Shown: piece by piece, positions 1 to 19,460 of the stretch | How the letters are laid out: each line of letters begins with the position of its first letter | Numbering within the stretch: the first letter of the stretch is position 1 | DNA from: Auanema rhodensis | Taxonomy: Eukaryota > Animalia > Nematoda | Direction: 5' to 3' | Assembly: GCA_964057225.1 (NCBI GenBank) | Contig: OZ059898.1 | Location: 11,842,001-11,906,000 of the forward strand | Length of the DNA stretch: 64,000 nt | Program-made: the position numbers and the translations under genes | The notes under the pieces: model-generated | Database searches by the model: none | What the model was told of the DNA's origin: nothing | Seen by the model: the letters and a program-made list of their open reading frames with translations, nothing else

Positions 1-5230
<5,230 letters not shown>

Positions 5231-8203
5231 TCAGCACACTCTCTACTTCAAACAGTCTAACTGTCTGACACTATCCGAGCTCGACACGATCACTAGTTTT
5301 TTTCTCCACACCCACCTACGGTATCTGCTTAGCTCCGCCCACTGGTGCCGTAGAAATCGGTCTGATGTCTGGACTATCCGAGTTAATTATGCTATATCAC
5401 TAACAACGTTCGAGGGGCTCTTCTGAAGACAAAGATGTCTAGAGAAAATCGAACTTGTGGGAAAGTTGATGAGGCTTAAGGAAATGCCTGAAAGAAGAAA
5501 CACGAATTACAATTTTAAACAAAATTCGAGCAGACGAAGTTAATAACGAAGTAAAGAAAGCAACGAAACACAAGCTGCATGACGGGAAAGTTGTAGGTAC
5601 TCTACAGTGCAGTTGTTACAACAAGATATTGAATAGTTGTCAAACCAAGTATACCACAACAAGCCTGGGGGTGACACGATGAAGAGGAAAGGCATCGAGG
5701 TGGTAGAGACAGAAGGAGGGGGGGGTGTTGGAATTGTAGACAAGATGATGGGCAAGGAAGAAGAGAAAAAACCTGTTGGCAGTGTGCGTGTCTCAACCAC
5801 CTTCTCCCCTCACCCGGCGACCAGCATCAGCAGCATCAGCTTTCTACATCGTTCTATCCTTCAACTCTCTCTCAGTCACTCTTCCTCTTTCTCTCGGATA
5901 CTTTTTCTCTTTTTATAACCATAAAAGAAGATACACTATTAGGAGAGAAAGCCGTAGGATTGTCATCTTGTATAGACAGATGCAACTTTTCTGTTGACAA
6001 TAGCCTCAAATCCTCTTTTCCAGATATAGGAGGCATAGTTAAACTGAAGACTCAAGCAAGCGCTAGGATTTATAATAGACAGATTTGAGAAAAGTGAAGT
6101 CTAAAATATGAAAAGGGAAAAGAAGGTGAGAAGGCTAACTAAAGAGGGAGGAAAAGAGAGAGGAAGCGAGATCTTAGCAAGAGAAGCAGGAACATCGAGG
6201 TAGATCAATTAGAAGAAAGAGATTGTGTTAATGAGGAGGAACCCTTAAAGAGAGTGAAAAAGAGAAAGAATAAGTAGAGAAAGTTTTACAAATGTATCCG
6301 AGAGACAATTGCGCATAAAGAAAGAACACGAAGCTGAAAAATCGGATACTGGTTGCCAAAAAAGGTTCGAAAGCATCGAAAGTGAGAAGCAAGAAATAGA
6401 TGAAAAAGCTTAAGCCGAATAGAAAAAACCGGATAAAATAAGCATGGCTGCCGATATAGCTATTGCAAGAGAGAGTGAGAAAAAAGCTGGAATGAAAAGC
6501 GAACATGGCAAGAAAAAATCGGAATAAACTCGAATCTAAAAAGCTGATGGCGGGTGTGTATGACTTGAAAGTGGAACATCATGTTCTCTCTCTCTTCCCC
6601 CCAATGAAAATATGCTTTGACTGAATGTATCATCGTTAGTTATGTCGTCATTTTGTCTGACATCTGAATCTATACACTAGTTACATTTTCATTTATTCTT
6701 CTACAAACTTTCCTCTACAGATATTTCTCGACTGTTCTTTATTTAGGCAACTACGAAGTCTCTAACATCATCATCATCATCATTATACCGGCTCAAAGAG
6801 TCGCCTATCTATACATCTTCAACCACAACAACAAACTTTGTTTATTCATATTGAAAATACAAACATCATTTCTAATGATGTCTGCAGAAAATTCTTAATA
6901 CACATGATTACTACATGATTTAGGTGCTGGAATAACTAGAAAATTAGCTATTGGCAATCGGTGTCCCGGCCACGAACAAATGCGTCCCTATGGCTTCCCA
7001 TACAGTTCAATAGTCTGAGCCATAAATCTGTGAGCAACTATCAGATAGTGAGATGCTATTGGGCAAATAGGCTATGAGCATCATATGCAAATTAGGTGGC
7101 AGTAACATCTATATATATGGATATTTACAACCAAAAAAGATAATCACATCCATAATTCATTCAAACGTCTATATATGGGATGCTCTTTCTCTCTATTCAG
7201 CAGTTTTTCTTATCCTTATACTATGCCAATAGTCATTATAACAGTGTGACAGGTGTGTTCAATTCAAAATCACTCAAAAAATTTTGGATTTTTTCTTCTT
7301 TTCTTTTTTTTTCATTGCAAATGAACACAGTCCAAAAATATCTCAAGATGATCATACAACATTCAAATCTGCAGGTCTTGAAATTGCCCCATTCAGAATA
7401 CATACAAGATGTATTTAAATGATAGCAGCCGGCTACATGAGGCAAAATAACTAAAAACATCATGTAATGGTCTTAAAGGTGATTCATACTGTTCATCTGT
7501 CATATCAACAGAATTACAGAAGTCTAGTTCTCTTTACCTTTTCCTCTTGTTGCCCGAACTGTGTTGCTTTTCTACAATATGAAAGACATGTCGACGACGC
7601 CTTTGCTGTTAGCAGCATTGATGTCGACTACAACGACATCAGCGGTGTACAGCCTTATCAATGTTTCGAAGCAAATTATGAGAGAAAGCATGATATAGCA
7701 TTAGGCTTTTGGCTCACTACTGATCTTAATCCTCGTAATTATCATTCAAAGTGTGTCACTACTGAAACAGCACGTGTGGCAACGAGGTGAAAGTGAAGGT
7801 CGACCATGTTTGATATTCGGGGTGGGGTTGTCCTTGCTCTTTCTCGAACACGACAGATCAAAGAAGAGTCTTATCACACAGTAACCTGAACTTGCATTGC
7901 CTAGAGCTGTTGTCTGATAAGACAAGTGAAATATTGTTTTGGCTACTGTTCTATGTATAATTATGTTGTAGACTAAGTACATATTTTAATTTTTATTAGT
8001 GTTCTTTGAATTTCTCTCTCTCTCTCTCTCCCTTTCTCTCTCTTCAATAATTTGGAAATCTTTTTCTACTCATTGTCCTGACGTTTATTATTAATATTTG
8101 GACTCTTAACTTGAGAAAAAAAGAATAAAAGACATATCATATCAGTTTGACTCGTCTTTCTTTATTTTTCGCAGCAGGTAGTCCACCCCAACCATTCTTA
8201 CCA

Positions 8204-8223
8204 CCCCCCCCCCCCCCCCCCCC
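8204..8223. repeat. C20/G20 homopolymer tract
   Basis: 20 consecutive C on the + strand. Confidence 0.95.
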
Positions 8224-10867
8224 ACCACCTCTATCTCCTTTTTCATTTCTTTCTTTTCTCATCATTTGTCATCTTTTTAACTTTATTTTATTTAAGGCAA
8301 TAAAACATTCATCATAAAGTGCTTTGAATGAATGATAATTTGAGCGAATTCATCAACATCAAGCTGGTTATCACTCTCTCATCCATCTAAACCACCAACG
8401 TGACTCAATTGTTCGTGAATGAGATTGTTTGGATATGAAATCTTAAAAATTTTAAATCTTTCACGTAATCTATGAGATGCTATGATGTGGCAGCTTATTT
8501 CGTTCGTACTTTCCTACGTAAGCTTCGGTCTTCTCCGATTAATTAGCTTTAATTTGCATGTCAGAGTGGCTTATATGAACGACGAAGTGAGATACCTATC
8601 TATGATGTACAAGTTTTTCGTTTCTCTGTGGAAATTTTCGAAATAACAATCGAAAGTTAATCTATTCATCTTGTACTCAAAGCATCGCTCATCACCCAAA
8701 CCTCATTGCTTCGTCTCTTTTATGACAATTCTCCGCAAAAAAAAATCTGATAAAACGACGTCTATCTCCGTTTGCAGCTTTTTTGAAATTTGCTGCAGTT
8801 GTCGTCCAGTTTAGACAGTTCAGCAAAACTGTTACAATGATGAGAACTTGACAATTAAGTTGGTAATATGCCGCCTTTTGCGCCGACGACGCCTGAAAAC
8901 GACAACGACGACAACACACGACATTGGCGATTTTGTTTCGTTTCACGACACTCAATTCAACATCAGCATCATCAGCATCGGCATCGTATTGTGTTGAACA
9001 TCGTTGTTGTCAACAGTTGATGTACCGGTAACGTTATGGTCAAGGGGTCAGATCGTATCGTGATGATCTGACGTCGTTCTGATTGTAATGATGTCGGGAG
9101 TCAAACATGTGAGACGGAGATTGTAGGCTGAGAGAACTTTTCGGATACTAAGCTCTGATGACAAGTTTAACCAACTTTAAACCGATAATTGTCTTCCTTT
9201 TAGCAGAGACCGTCGGTGCGACCCAACAAGTAAACTCATTGACCGGATCTGGTAATCCCATGAGTGATAAGCTTAACTAGTAAAGGTATGCCGATCCGGT
9301 CGGAAATGGCATTATCAGAGAAAATGCTTGTGAATGAATTTTCAAAAAGAAAATTGACTTGTTTTTCGATGAAAAATAAATAAAATTAGATATGCGAAAA
9401 GATATAAAATGCTTTCAGACGATCATAAACTAGACAATTTGCTATAACCGGAAGATGTGGCCATACATGATCGACGGCGGAATTCAAAAATTTTTACGTA
9501 ATGATCAATTATTTGTATCCCTTCTATTCTGAGTCGAAGAAACTATAAGATATTCTAGAGAAATGTAAATTGGAAGAATGTCGGAGCTTTTTAGGAAAAG
9601 TCATCGTCATAATATGACTAAATGAGATATAATCAAGATGAAATATGTTTCAAGTTTTGAATATGGTAAGGAAGTCGTCATATTATGATGTATACGTATA
9701 TAAATCTAATTTATACATTTATGTAGATTATATGATTAACTACTTTTCTATTATAAACTCTTTAACTAATCTAAAATGGTCAACAGGTTGGATAGGTTGT
9801 AAACGACAACAATAAATATTGAGATAAGGATCGGCATTGAAGACATCCAATATTAGCAGTTACTATGGGAAGTTACTTCTGTAGTTCGAAGTTGGAGTGT
9901 GAGATAGTGGTAAAGAGAATGTTATAGATAAGAGAGAGAGACAAAGAGAGAGAAATGTAGATGAGACATGAATTGTCATATCTATGCATAGACCTATGAT
10001 TTAGTAACTGTCAAGTAGAGAGAATGAGAGGCTCTAACTGATTGCACAACTAATTGATACTTGGTACTTCATTATTCTCTGCAATCTAAACAACAAGATA
10101 AGACGAAAATGTGATGTGAATGATGATTCTTTAAGATTTGAGCTGTCAGTCTCATCTGAATATCATACTCGGAAATATCATGTTGTTGAAAGAAGAATCA
10201 TAATGATGATGATGACGGCAGGATATGTACGACGCTCGTGCTTCTCGTTGTCACTGCTCGTCGTGATATTCTTCAGATTCTCATCGATGCAAGAGCTCCT
10301 GTGTTCATGCAGATGTATATACATATAAATATATCTTTATCTGCATTCATGTACGTACGTGATCGTCAACCTATTCCCAGACAAGTAATTGGATGACTTT
10401 TTCACAATGACGACAGGTTTCTGGTGCTGCCCAATGGGTCGGAAACGCCATCGGGGGGTCGGTAGAATCAGAGAGACAAATAAGATTTTTTCCAGCCCCA
10501 AGACTCATAAAAACCACATTCATTCACAGCTCGTCGTCGATGATTTTTTCATTTCATTTCTCTCAAGCCATCTTCCTTCTCTCTGAGAACGAAGGGCCGA
10601 ATGAACGAAGGAACTTGATTACGAGCTTTTTTTTTGTCTAAACGTTGATTGTTAGTCAAAGAAAAAAAACGTTTCTTTTAGGCAGAATAGCTATGTGACC
10701 CACTGTTAGCCTTGACAGGCATGCAAGTAAGAGCTTAAGTTGTAATTGAGATTATCTACTAAACCCTCAAATCATATAGATTCTATAATATTTTTGTGGG
10801 TATTAATCAGTAAATGCATGAATACTGAATTCATTGAAACATCTCGAGGTATACAAGCTTGAAATGC

Positions 10868-10873
<6 letters not shown>

Positions 10874-10911
<38 letters not shown>
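10874..10911. repeat. (GA)n microsatellite
   Basis: Pure GA dinucleotide run with a degenerate continuation to ~10925; shorter GA runs at ~8013, ~11601 and ~15333. Confidence 0.95.
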
Positions 10912-10915
<4 letters not shown>

Positions 10916-13900
10916 GAGAGAGAGAAGCCTTATATGATCATACGAAATCATGATGGAGGTTCGATGGCAGTGATGGTGTTGAAATGTTGATCCGATTATT
11001 TTGCCTATGCATTCAGCCAGTTCGGATAAAGTACTAGAGTATTCAACTTTAAAACTTGGCGCCAGCAGTTTGAAACTTGCGACAGGTTCCTTTGATAAGT
11101 TGACGCGCGAAAAATCTTGATATCTGATATATACTTAAATGATTTTCAGAAGCATTTGTCATAAAAATATTTTATAACGTGTGTTGACGATAATGCTTCT
11201 AATGCTTCAAATGCTGATACTGATTTCATTTATAAGATACTGAATGAAATTAGGATGAAGCTGTATGAGATATTTAATGAAAGATGTTAGTCCATCAGCA
11301 ACGTTGTCAAGATGGCAAAAGAAAGTTGGCCGGATACGATTGAGTGACCGTTAAACGATCTGTTATGTTCAGCTAAGGACTCATCCGGACAAGTGGTTTG
11401 AGTAGAGTATAGTTGATTAGTAGCGATTGAGTAGATGAGGAGCTAGAGGTGAAGGTTAATGGACGACGACTCAGGCTGTTACTCTCAATATTACTTATTC
11501 TATTTTCTCCTCATCTATTATTTAATAACAGACTGTCAAAAACAAGAAGAAAAAAAAGAGGATAAAGAGAGAAAGAGGAAAATAAAGAGAGAACGAAAAA
11601 GAGAGAGAGAGAGAGTATGCGAGAGAGAGTGAGAGGGAGAAAGTGATTGAAGGGGATGAAGACAATTCGGGAATAAAGGAAAGTATAAATGTAAGAAAGA
11701 GAGGGGAAATTAAGACAAGATTAAAAAAAGAAAGAAGAGAACAAGGAACAAGAACTCAGGGGTTGAAATACAATAAAATACAAAAGTTTCCAAACAATAT
11801 CTGTTAATAAAGGACAGAAAAGATGTTAACTACTAAAGGCGTGCAATGAAAAAAAAAATAATTTTGAAATGTAACATGTTGATGAACAGAATATTTAACT
11901 ATAATTATAATTAATTATAGATGTTTCATATAAAATAGTTACATTTCCTTAAAATATTGATTAAGTTTTAAGTCATGTTTCGAATTGATATCATGTGTTT
12001 ATAATTAGAAAAAATGATTTTGTACTGTTTTTTCCAAAGAATAGTAAGGAGAACGATAAAATTGGAAAGCTACAGAAATGAAGGCGCTTGGCTAACTAGC
12101 TGTAAAGTTCAATGTTCGATTCGGATGATCGTGATAAGTATTGATCGTGGAAGTTGGCGTTGACGACGACGATGATGACTACGTACGTAGATGGCGCCTA
12201 TGACGACGTCAACCATAACACTGTTTCAGACAGTTCTATAACTAAGCTTTAGCATTGAAAGAGAAAAGTCGATAATCTCATGCTTTCTGCAATGAATGAC
12301 GACATTGGATTGATGAAAGGGAGATTCTTATTCGCCTTTTAGCTATTCTAGAAGAACTACCAACCAAAAAACTTGGCTAAATTTGAAGAAGTCACTAACA
12401 GACGTAAATGACATCAAGTAAGACGTAATAGAACATACGCAATTTCATGAATCACCTTACATGATGTCTACATGAAACCATCAAATCTTCTCTCTTTATT
12501 AGTTATGACTTCATGCTATCAAACATATTTTCAACAAAGATCAGCCATCACTTAGACTACTTCACCTGTTTTGGCTAAAAAGTAATAGACCAAGTTGGAA
12601 TGTCAGTCTTCAATCAAAAATCAAAGCATAATAATGCTCTATATAATCAAACTATTAATAGAAAAAGGTTGGAAACATGCTTGAAAATTTGAATATTAGA
12701 TTTTGTTCTGAAAGATACTGTATACATATCTATGTATACGATACATTCAGTTGTATTTAACACAAAGAAATATTAATTAATAATCAAACATATACGAATA
12801 CAGTGAATTGAGACTAATGAACAACGCAAAAAAAAATGAGAATTTGGACAAAAAAATTGAAAATTCAAACGAAGTTTTCTGAAAACGCTGAAGAAGAATG
12901 GGCGGCAGGTGATGTTGCAAGCAGCGCACCGGCTTCCACAGGCACATCAACAAGTCGTCAAGCCGGCTATAGCCACGATCCACCTTTCCATTTCTGTCTT
13001 CGATTTTCTCTCTTTGAATCTCTCTAGTTTATTCACTTTATGCATGCCTTGTATTCTTTAAGTCTCCCGAATTTATTAAATCTTTATGGAATCTCATCTC
13101 TTTCCAGCTTGCTTTCTTGTATTTCAAATGTCTGTCTTCAGCTTAAAACATACCTTCTCTCTTTAATGATTCTTTTCTCTGTCTAGTTATCTCTATCTAT
13201 CTCTTTCTGTTTCTATCCCTCTTTCTCTCTTTCTTCTTTTTCTTTCATTTTTTTTTGATGTGATCGCTCTCAACTGAATTTTATCTTTGTGGTTTTTAAA
13301 GTTAAGAATTCATTTCTTAAGCCTAATATTTCTAGGAATGTTTCAAAAATATTACAAGGAACGGCATAACCAAATTAGAATGAAAATAAAAATAATTAAA
13401 ACGATAATGAATGACGGAAGATAGACAATCTCTCCTGGAGAATACAAGGAAAAGGTTTTTCGAAGACGAGGACTACACATGATTGTCAATCCAGCTTTCA
13501 CATTATGCTTCTTCTATATAGAAGACACTAACAGTAAGAATGCTAGATCAATATGCGTACAAGAGAATCCAGATTGCTTATCCAGATATGAAGATCGATT
13601 TTTTCATTTCCAAAAGCGGCTTCTTACCTGAGGATGATTAGCCAATAATTATAAACATGCTTGTTAGTGGTTGTTATCATTATATGTTGCCGCGCTTTTT
13701 CTAACTTGAAAAAAAAGGAAGAAAAGATATTTCGGACTATATACACAATACTAGGCCTAGTATACTATAAGATCTAATTAATAATTTCTATCATTTTTTC
13801 AGCATTACCGCAATAAAATGTTTATAAAACATAAATGATTCCAAAAAAAATTAAATAAAATCACGACATCTACACAACCGTTCTTTCCTTTTTTCATTTT

Positions 13901-16900
13901 TTTAAAATCATTTCACGTGTAGCACAAAAGTCACGTGGACGCTCACGTACTTCAGAGTAAGAATAGGATGATAAGATCTTTTTTCTCTTCCTGCCTGTTT
14001 GAGATGAACAGAAGAAAACTATTGCTTTCTATAAATGATGGTAAAAGTGGAATAAGAAAAAATTGAAGATACGAAAGGCTGGATGGAAAACTCTGACAGG
14101 TGGTTGTCGCGCTGCTGTTGCTTTTCCTTTGCTCATTTGGTCATTAAGATCTACAGATTATGGCGCGATTTCTAAATTTTTGATCAATCGCTCAACAATG
14201 AATGGAAAATTGATTCAAAAGAAAGAAGATTAATAACTTTCTTCTAATCAATCTTTGAAAATTCAAAAATGTGAAAAGATAATAGGGAAAGATTTGAAAA
14301 CAATAATATAAGATATGGACCAGAGCAAAAATGACTGGAAAGGGGAAGTCAAATCAGTTTCTGAAGTTTTCAATATGTAGAACTCATATCTTGGCGGACA
14401 AAGAATTATCAGTTTGACACAGTCTATGAGATGGATACAGCTAGTCTGGGCTCGTGTATTATTAACGAATCATGAATAACTCCTCTCCTTTAACTGATTG
14501 TTGTTTCAAGGCCATGGTTCGAACCCTCTTCAACCAAACATGACGACATATTACGTTCAATGACTTATGTAAAGGTTTGAATTGAAAGTTGTAGTAGTAA
14601 TAGTAGTAGTTTCGATTTTCTCTTGGGTCATCGGCCGATCAGTAGACGATTTTAGATCCATTCACTGTTTGTTTTCTATCTTTCATTCTGCTTCTCGGCA
14701 TCATGACTGAAAAAATGTCGGCAGCCGTGCGATTGAATACAGTACAATGACGGGGAGGGGGGGCACAATCTCTTCTTCTTCTTCCTTTTTTCTTTTTTTT
14801 TGCTTGATGGACACAAGCGACTACTGTAATGCCGTAGGATGAGTTGATGGATTATTGAAAACGTTTCATGAAAGCGAAATCTTCTAATTTGCTCTGTTTT
14901 TCATCCAATTTTTTCATTCATTCAATTCGTAAAACCGTATATCATAAATAGTTGAATAGATGGATGACCGTATTGAAGGGCGAGGGAATAGTTAAGAAAA
15001 TTGATGAAAAAATAAAACAAAAAACTGAGAAAAGCAAAATGAAGATGATTTCATTGGTTATTTTAACCATTTTCTCTAAATATTCAGGTAGATGGCAGCA
15101 TAACGACAATATGCAGTTATTCATTCTGATGTACGAGATTCGATTCATGAAGTGCTTCTTCAAATGAGGCTTTTATTTAGGCATGAGGACCTGTATCCGA
15201 AAATGGCCAGCGCTCAGTTTTAATTTCTCTTTATCGTCCTCTTTTCTCTTTCTTCACTGCAATAGCCAACCTGATGATGCAGGCTGATGGTTATTGCTTT
15301 GAAAGGAGAGAAAGACATTGAGTGTGTATGGAAGAGAGAGAGAGAGATAGAGAGAGAGAGAAAGAGAATGAAGATGAACAGAATGGAGGGGAAGATTACA
15401 GAGAAGGAGCGTAGAAAGAAGGGGTTGCACCTAAAGAAGCATGGGCTGTGGGGTGCGTCGTCGACATCGGCTAGGGTGGCTATATTGGAACTGGTTTGAA
15501 AAAGAAGCGAAAGAAAGAAGAGAATACACAAAAAGACTATCGTACGAAAGTAAAAATCGTTTGGAGCTAGTCGCTTTCAGGCTGACTGACAACCACAAAA
15601 AGTGAAATGAGGGGGGGGGATGAACGATAGAAGGAAAATATATTTTGAATATCTTAAGAAGGTGATATCGAAATATCTTCCTGAATTGGATAATTCTATT
15701 ATCCGTCATTCAGACATAACAATCATACACCTCTGACATCTGACATTTAACAGATGAACTGTCATGACCGTGATCCGACACAGCCAAACTATCCGACGTA
15801 TGCGAGACAAGATATACACAACGGCATCTGAATCATTTCAGGTCCTATCCGAATTCAGAAAGACTATCTCTTATACCTTATATAGGTAGCAATTCTTTAA
15901 TGTCTTTTAAGAAGAATATCAACAACAATCTACATTTTAAATCATTTTCTTCTTCATCAATTGAGATAAGTGAACTTTTCAAATTGTGCTATGAAATTTG
16001 CAATAACTATGTATTTCATGTTCAGGACTACATGTATAGAGAATATCAAAGTTACCAACGACCTATTAAACTTCGTTCAAATTGTCGGTAAACCTTTGAA
16101 TAGAGAAGTACATGAACTCTCTGTAATTTTGTTTTCAAACAGTCTATTATCATGTGTGTGTGTATGTATGTGTGTATCCAATCGTATTTCAAATGTGTGT
16201 CCAGCTTATTCATTTCAGCTATTCGCGGGCTCTTGTAATGGGACGATTGACAAGTCGAAAAAATGGCGTAAGAGCCCGGCATTCCGAATCATTGCCTCCA
16301 ACGCATCATATAGTAACCTGTTCTTTTCCATCTTTTATGATTTTTTTCATCGAATTTCCGTTCATCTACAACGGTATGTAAGGGTGAGAGGAGGGGGAAC
16401 CTATTGCCATCATTGTGTTTTGAAGAGTGAAGTTCTGTGAATGGGCGATGAACAGCTACAGCGCAATGGCTTGACTGACACTGTCAGAATCAACAGAGTA
16501 CTGTCACCAATTTGAAGAGAAAAAAAAAGTTTTTGGATGACAAAAAGCGAAAATTTGGGAGATGATGTCTGAAGACCGCAGATGATGCTGCTTACGTAGT
16601 TAGCGGGAAAGTGGCTTTTGAATGAAAAAAAGCCAGTCTCTATGAGAGTGCAATTGGCCAAGCTGATGTAAATGTAGAAAAAGGAAAGAAAAGAGAAAGA
16701 AAATGTACGGATAATTCAATAAAAAAACAGGAAAATGCCTTGAAAATGAAAAAGAAGGAAGTAAGCTTGAGAAAGCGACAAGTATAAATTTTATAAGCTA
16801 AATGATAATACCCGCGGGAAACCACGACAGGTAGTGTTTAATGTGAATAAAGAGAATGAACATCCTATTGATGACGTCGTTAGGTTTTATTCTGATGGAT

Positions 16901-19319
16901 AAGTCTTCTACTACAATCATGATCATTCAGCTAGCTATTATCTCTCAGCCAACTGTTAGCTATTTCATGTTCTTTGTTTGCATTTTTCAAAAGTTCCATT
17001 CTATAGAAGTACAGTATCCATGGCATCTTATAGTAGCTGGTGGCTCAAACATCACATGAGGATAATAGATCGTGACCGTATTAGCAGAAGATTATGCATA
17101 ACTTGCTAATGGGAGCCGCTAATGACGTCATGAATGCAGACGATCCCACCATATCATGGCGTAATTTTCATTACCCTCGTAATTAAGGAGATTTCTATTA
17201 AAAAAACATGAATAACTTAATAGATAGGGACAAAAATTGTTTGTTTAGATGTGATTATCCTAATTTGATTGCCATAAATGATATAGTTAAGAAAATTACA
17301 TATTTTCTGCACAAAATATAAAGCCTGACTCTTAATGAGGGAAAATATTTAAACTTGCTCACATAGGCAAGCAACTTACAAGAATATTTGATATTTCTTT
17401 AGAGAATATGATTTTAATTAGAAAAAACAAACAAGAAAGAGTGAGAGATTAAAACTTGTGAACTACAATATTTTCGAAATAAATAATTCTGCAAGCTTGG
17501 AACTTTACTATATATTGTATACTGTCAATATCTTGAATTTACAGTTCTTCTTCAATTCTGCATTCAATGTGGGATAGTAAAAATCTGATTTCTTGACTTT
17601 TCAATAAAAATAACTTTAAAGTTGAGATTTGTTATGATATACTATGTCAAATAACGCAATGCCTATAATTGGCATGTCGTAACGGTCGGCCTGCGTGTGA
17701 CTCTGGCGGCAGAAGTTTTTGAAGCCACAGTGGCTCTTCTGCCCATATAGACGAAGCCGAGAAGGGAATATAGATGTTTTACTTAGATATTGTCAACGAG
17801 TCAGATAGTTTTGATTGATATTCCGAAGATAAGAAGGCGACAAAAAATAATTTTGATGTCGGGTACCTGTGTTTGGATATTATATGTGATAACAGGTGTG
17901 ACATGAACTTTTATTTGAAAATGATTGTGGAGATATTGATATATCCAAACAATCCGAATGGGGGGTTTGTAGTTTAATTCATCATAAAGTAATTTAAAAG
18001 GCCATTCAGAATGATACAATAACTAAAAAGAAAGAATGTATACGAAAGAACAAAAACATTATTGAAAAAATAAAAGAGAGACTTCAAGCTCAGCGTTATT
18101 GAAAAACGAGCCAGCCTTTGAACAGGAAGCCATCTGAATGGTTTCTTCCTGTACTTATTGGCCAAGTGACAAGCCTCTTAATTAGAAATAAAATAAAAGA
18201 ATACCTTTCGACTACATTCCGTATCGTTAAGTATATTGAACAATTGTCAATGTAATAACACGAAAATGCCGCTCTATAATTAACTGAACCACTTCAACAC
18301 CTTTGACCTCTTCTACTATCCATTCACAGGTTTATTTTTTTTTCAAATATCAAAGTGAATTAGATGTTTTTCATGAATGCTCTTTCCGGTCACCTACATT
18401 TCAAGGGATTGAGTTTGGAAAAGTTGCTATAAAACAATAAAATAAACAACACTGTTTCGTAATAATTTGAATATATAATTTAACTGTTTATCTTTGTTAT
18501 ACTGTAATTTTAAGCAAATTGCAATAATAAATCAATTAATATTTGAAATTTAAATTCATTCTGTTTTTTAAAATTACGAAAGAAATTTTTATTCTCCACT
18601 TACGTCAGATACGTGAACAAAATTTTAGAACATTTTCAAAATATTTTCTGGGTGTGTGGTTGTATACGAGCCTATTACCCTGGATAAAGAACAGAATAGT
18701 TGCTTTATGAAACATTATCATCTTCTTTTCAAACGAAGTTAGTTTTTTCAGAATAATTTTAATCACAATATGTGAATGATACCAATATCAATTCTTTTCT
18801 TTGTTAACTTGCAATTGCTAATGTATAATTAATAATACATGAACTGAGAAAACATATAAACAGGATATCATACATGAAAAACAAATTGAAGATATTTTTA
18901 ACTTCTCTTTTAGACTGTTTTATACTATTTTCAAAAACTATTCAAAACCACTTCAAAATGATTTAATTAAGTTTAGAATGTTAATGAACCACAATTTTTC
19001 GATTTAACTTCCATTTCCCAGAATACAGTACTTCAAGTTTGTGTAACTGTCTGTCTTACAACTCTGTCCCAAGAAGCATCTTTTATGATACGCATTTTCA
19101 AAAAACACAATATTCTACACGACAGTTGAAAAATTATTATACACCCTACTTTTGTCAGCCACGTAAGCAATGCCATGAAGAAAATTTATGTTTGCATGTT
19201 TACTATTCACAAATCATGAATATACGGCGACCACGCAGTTCACCAAAGACATCGAAATATTGATGAGAGTTCAGAGGAGAGTGAATTCGATTCCTCTGTT
19301 TGAAATTCTGTGGCAAGAA

Positions 19320-19460
19320 CACAGTATCCAAAGCGCTGCGGCTGCGCCGCGGCTAGAATGTGTGGACTATTAATAAAACTGCTCGCGTAACTGTGCGCGT
19401 CGCGGCATGTATCTAGCGTTAGCGCGACCACCGCTCCATCGACCGGTAGCATGCTCCAAC
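19320..19460 (+). promoter_or_regulatory. GC/CpG-rich putative promoter of the downstream zinc-finger gene
   Basis: Sharp CG-rich island (e.g. GCGCTGCGGCTGCGCCGCGG, GTGCGCGTCGCGG) in AT-rich DNA ~700 nt upstream of ATG 20162. Confidence 0.55.
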
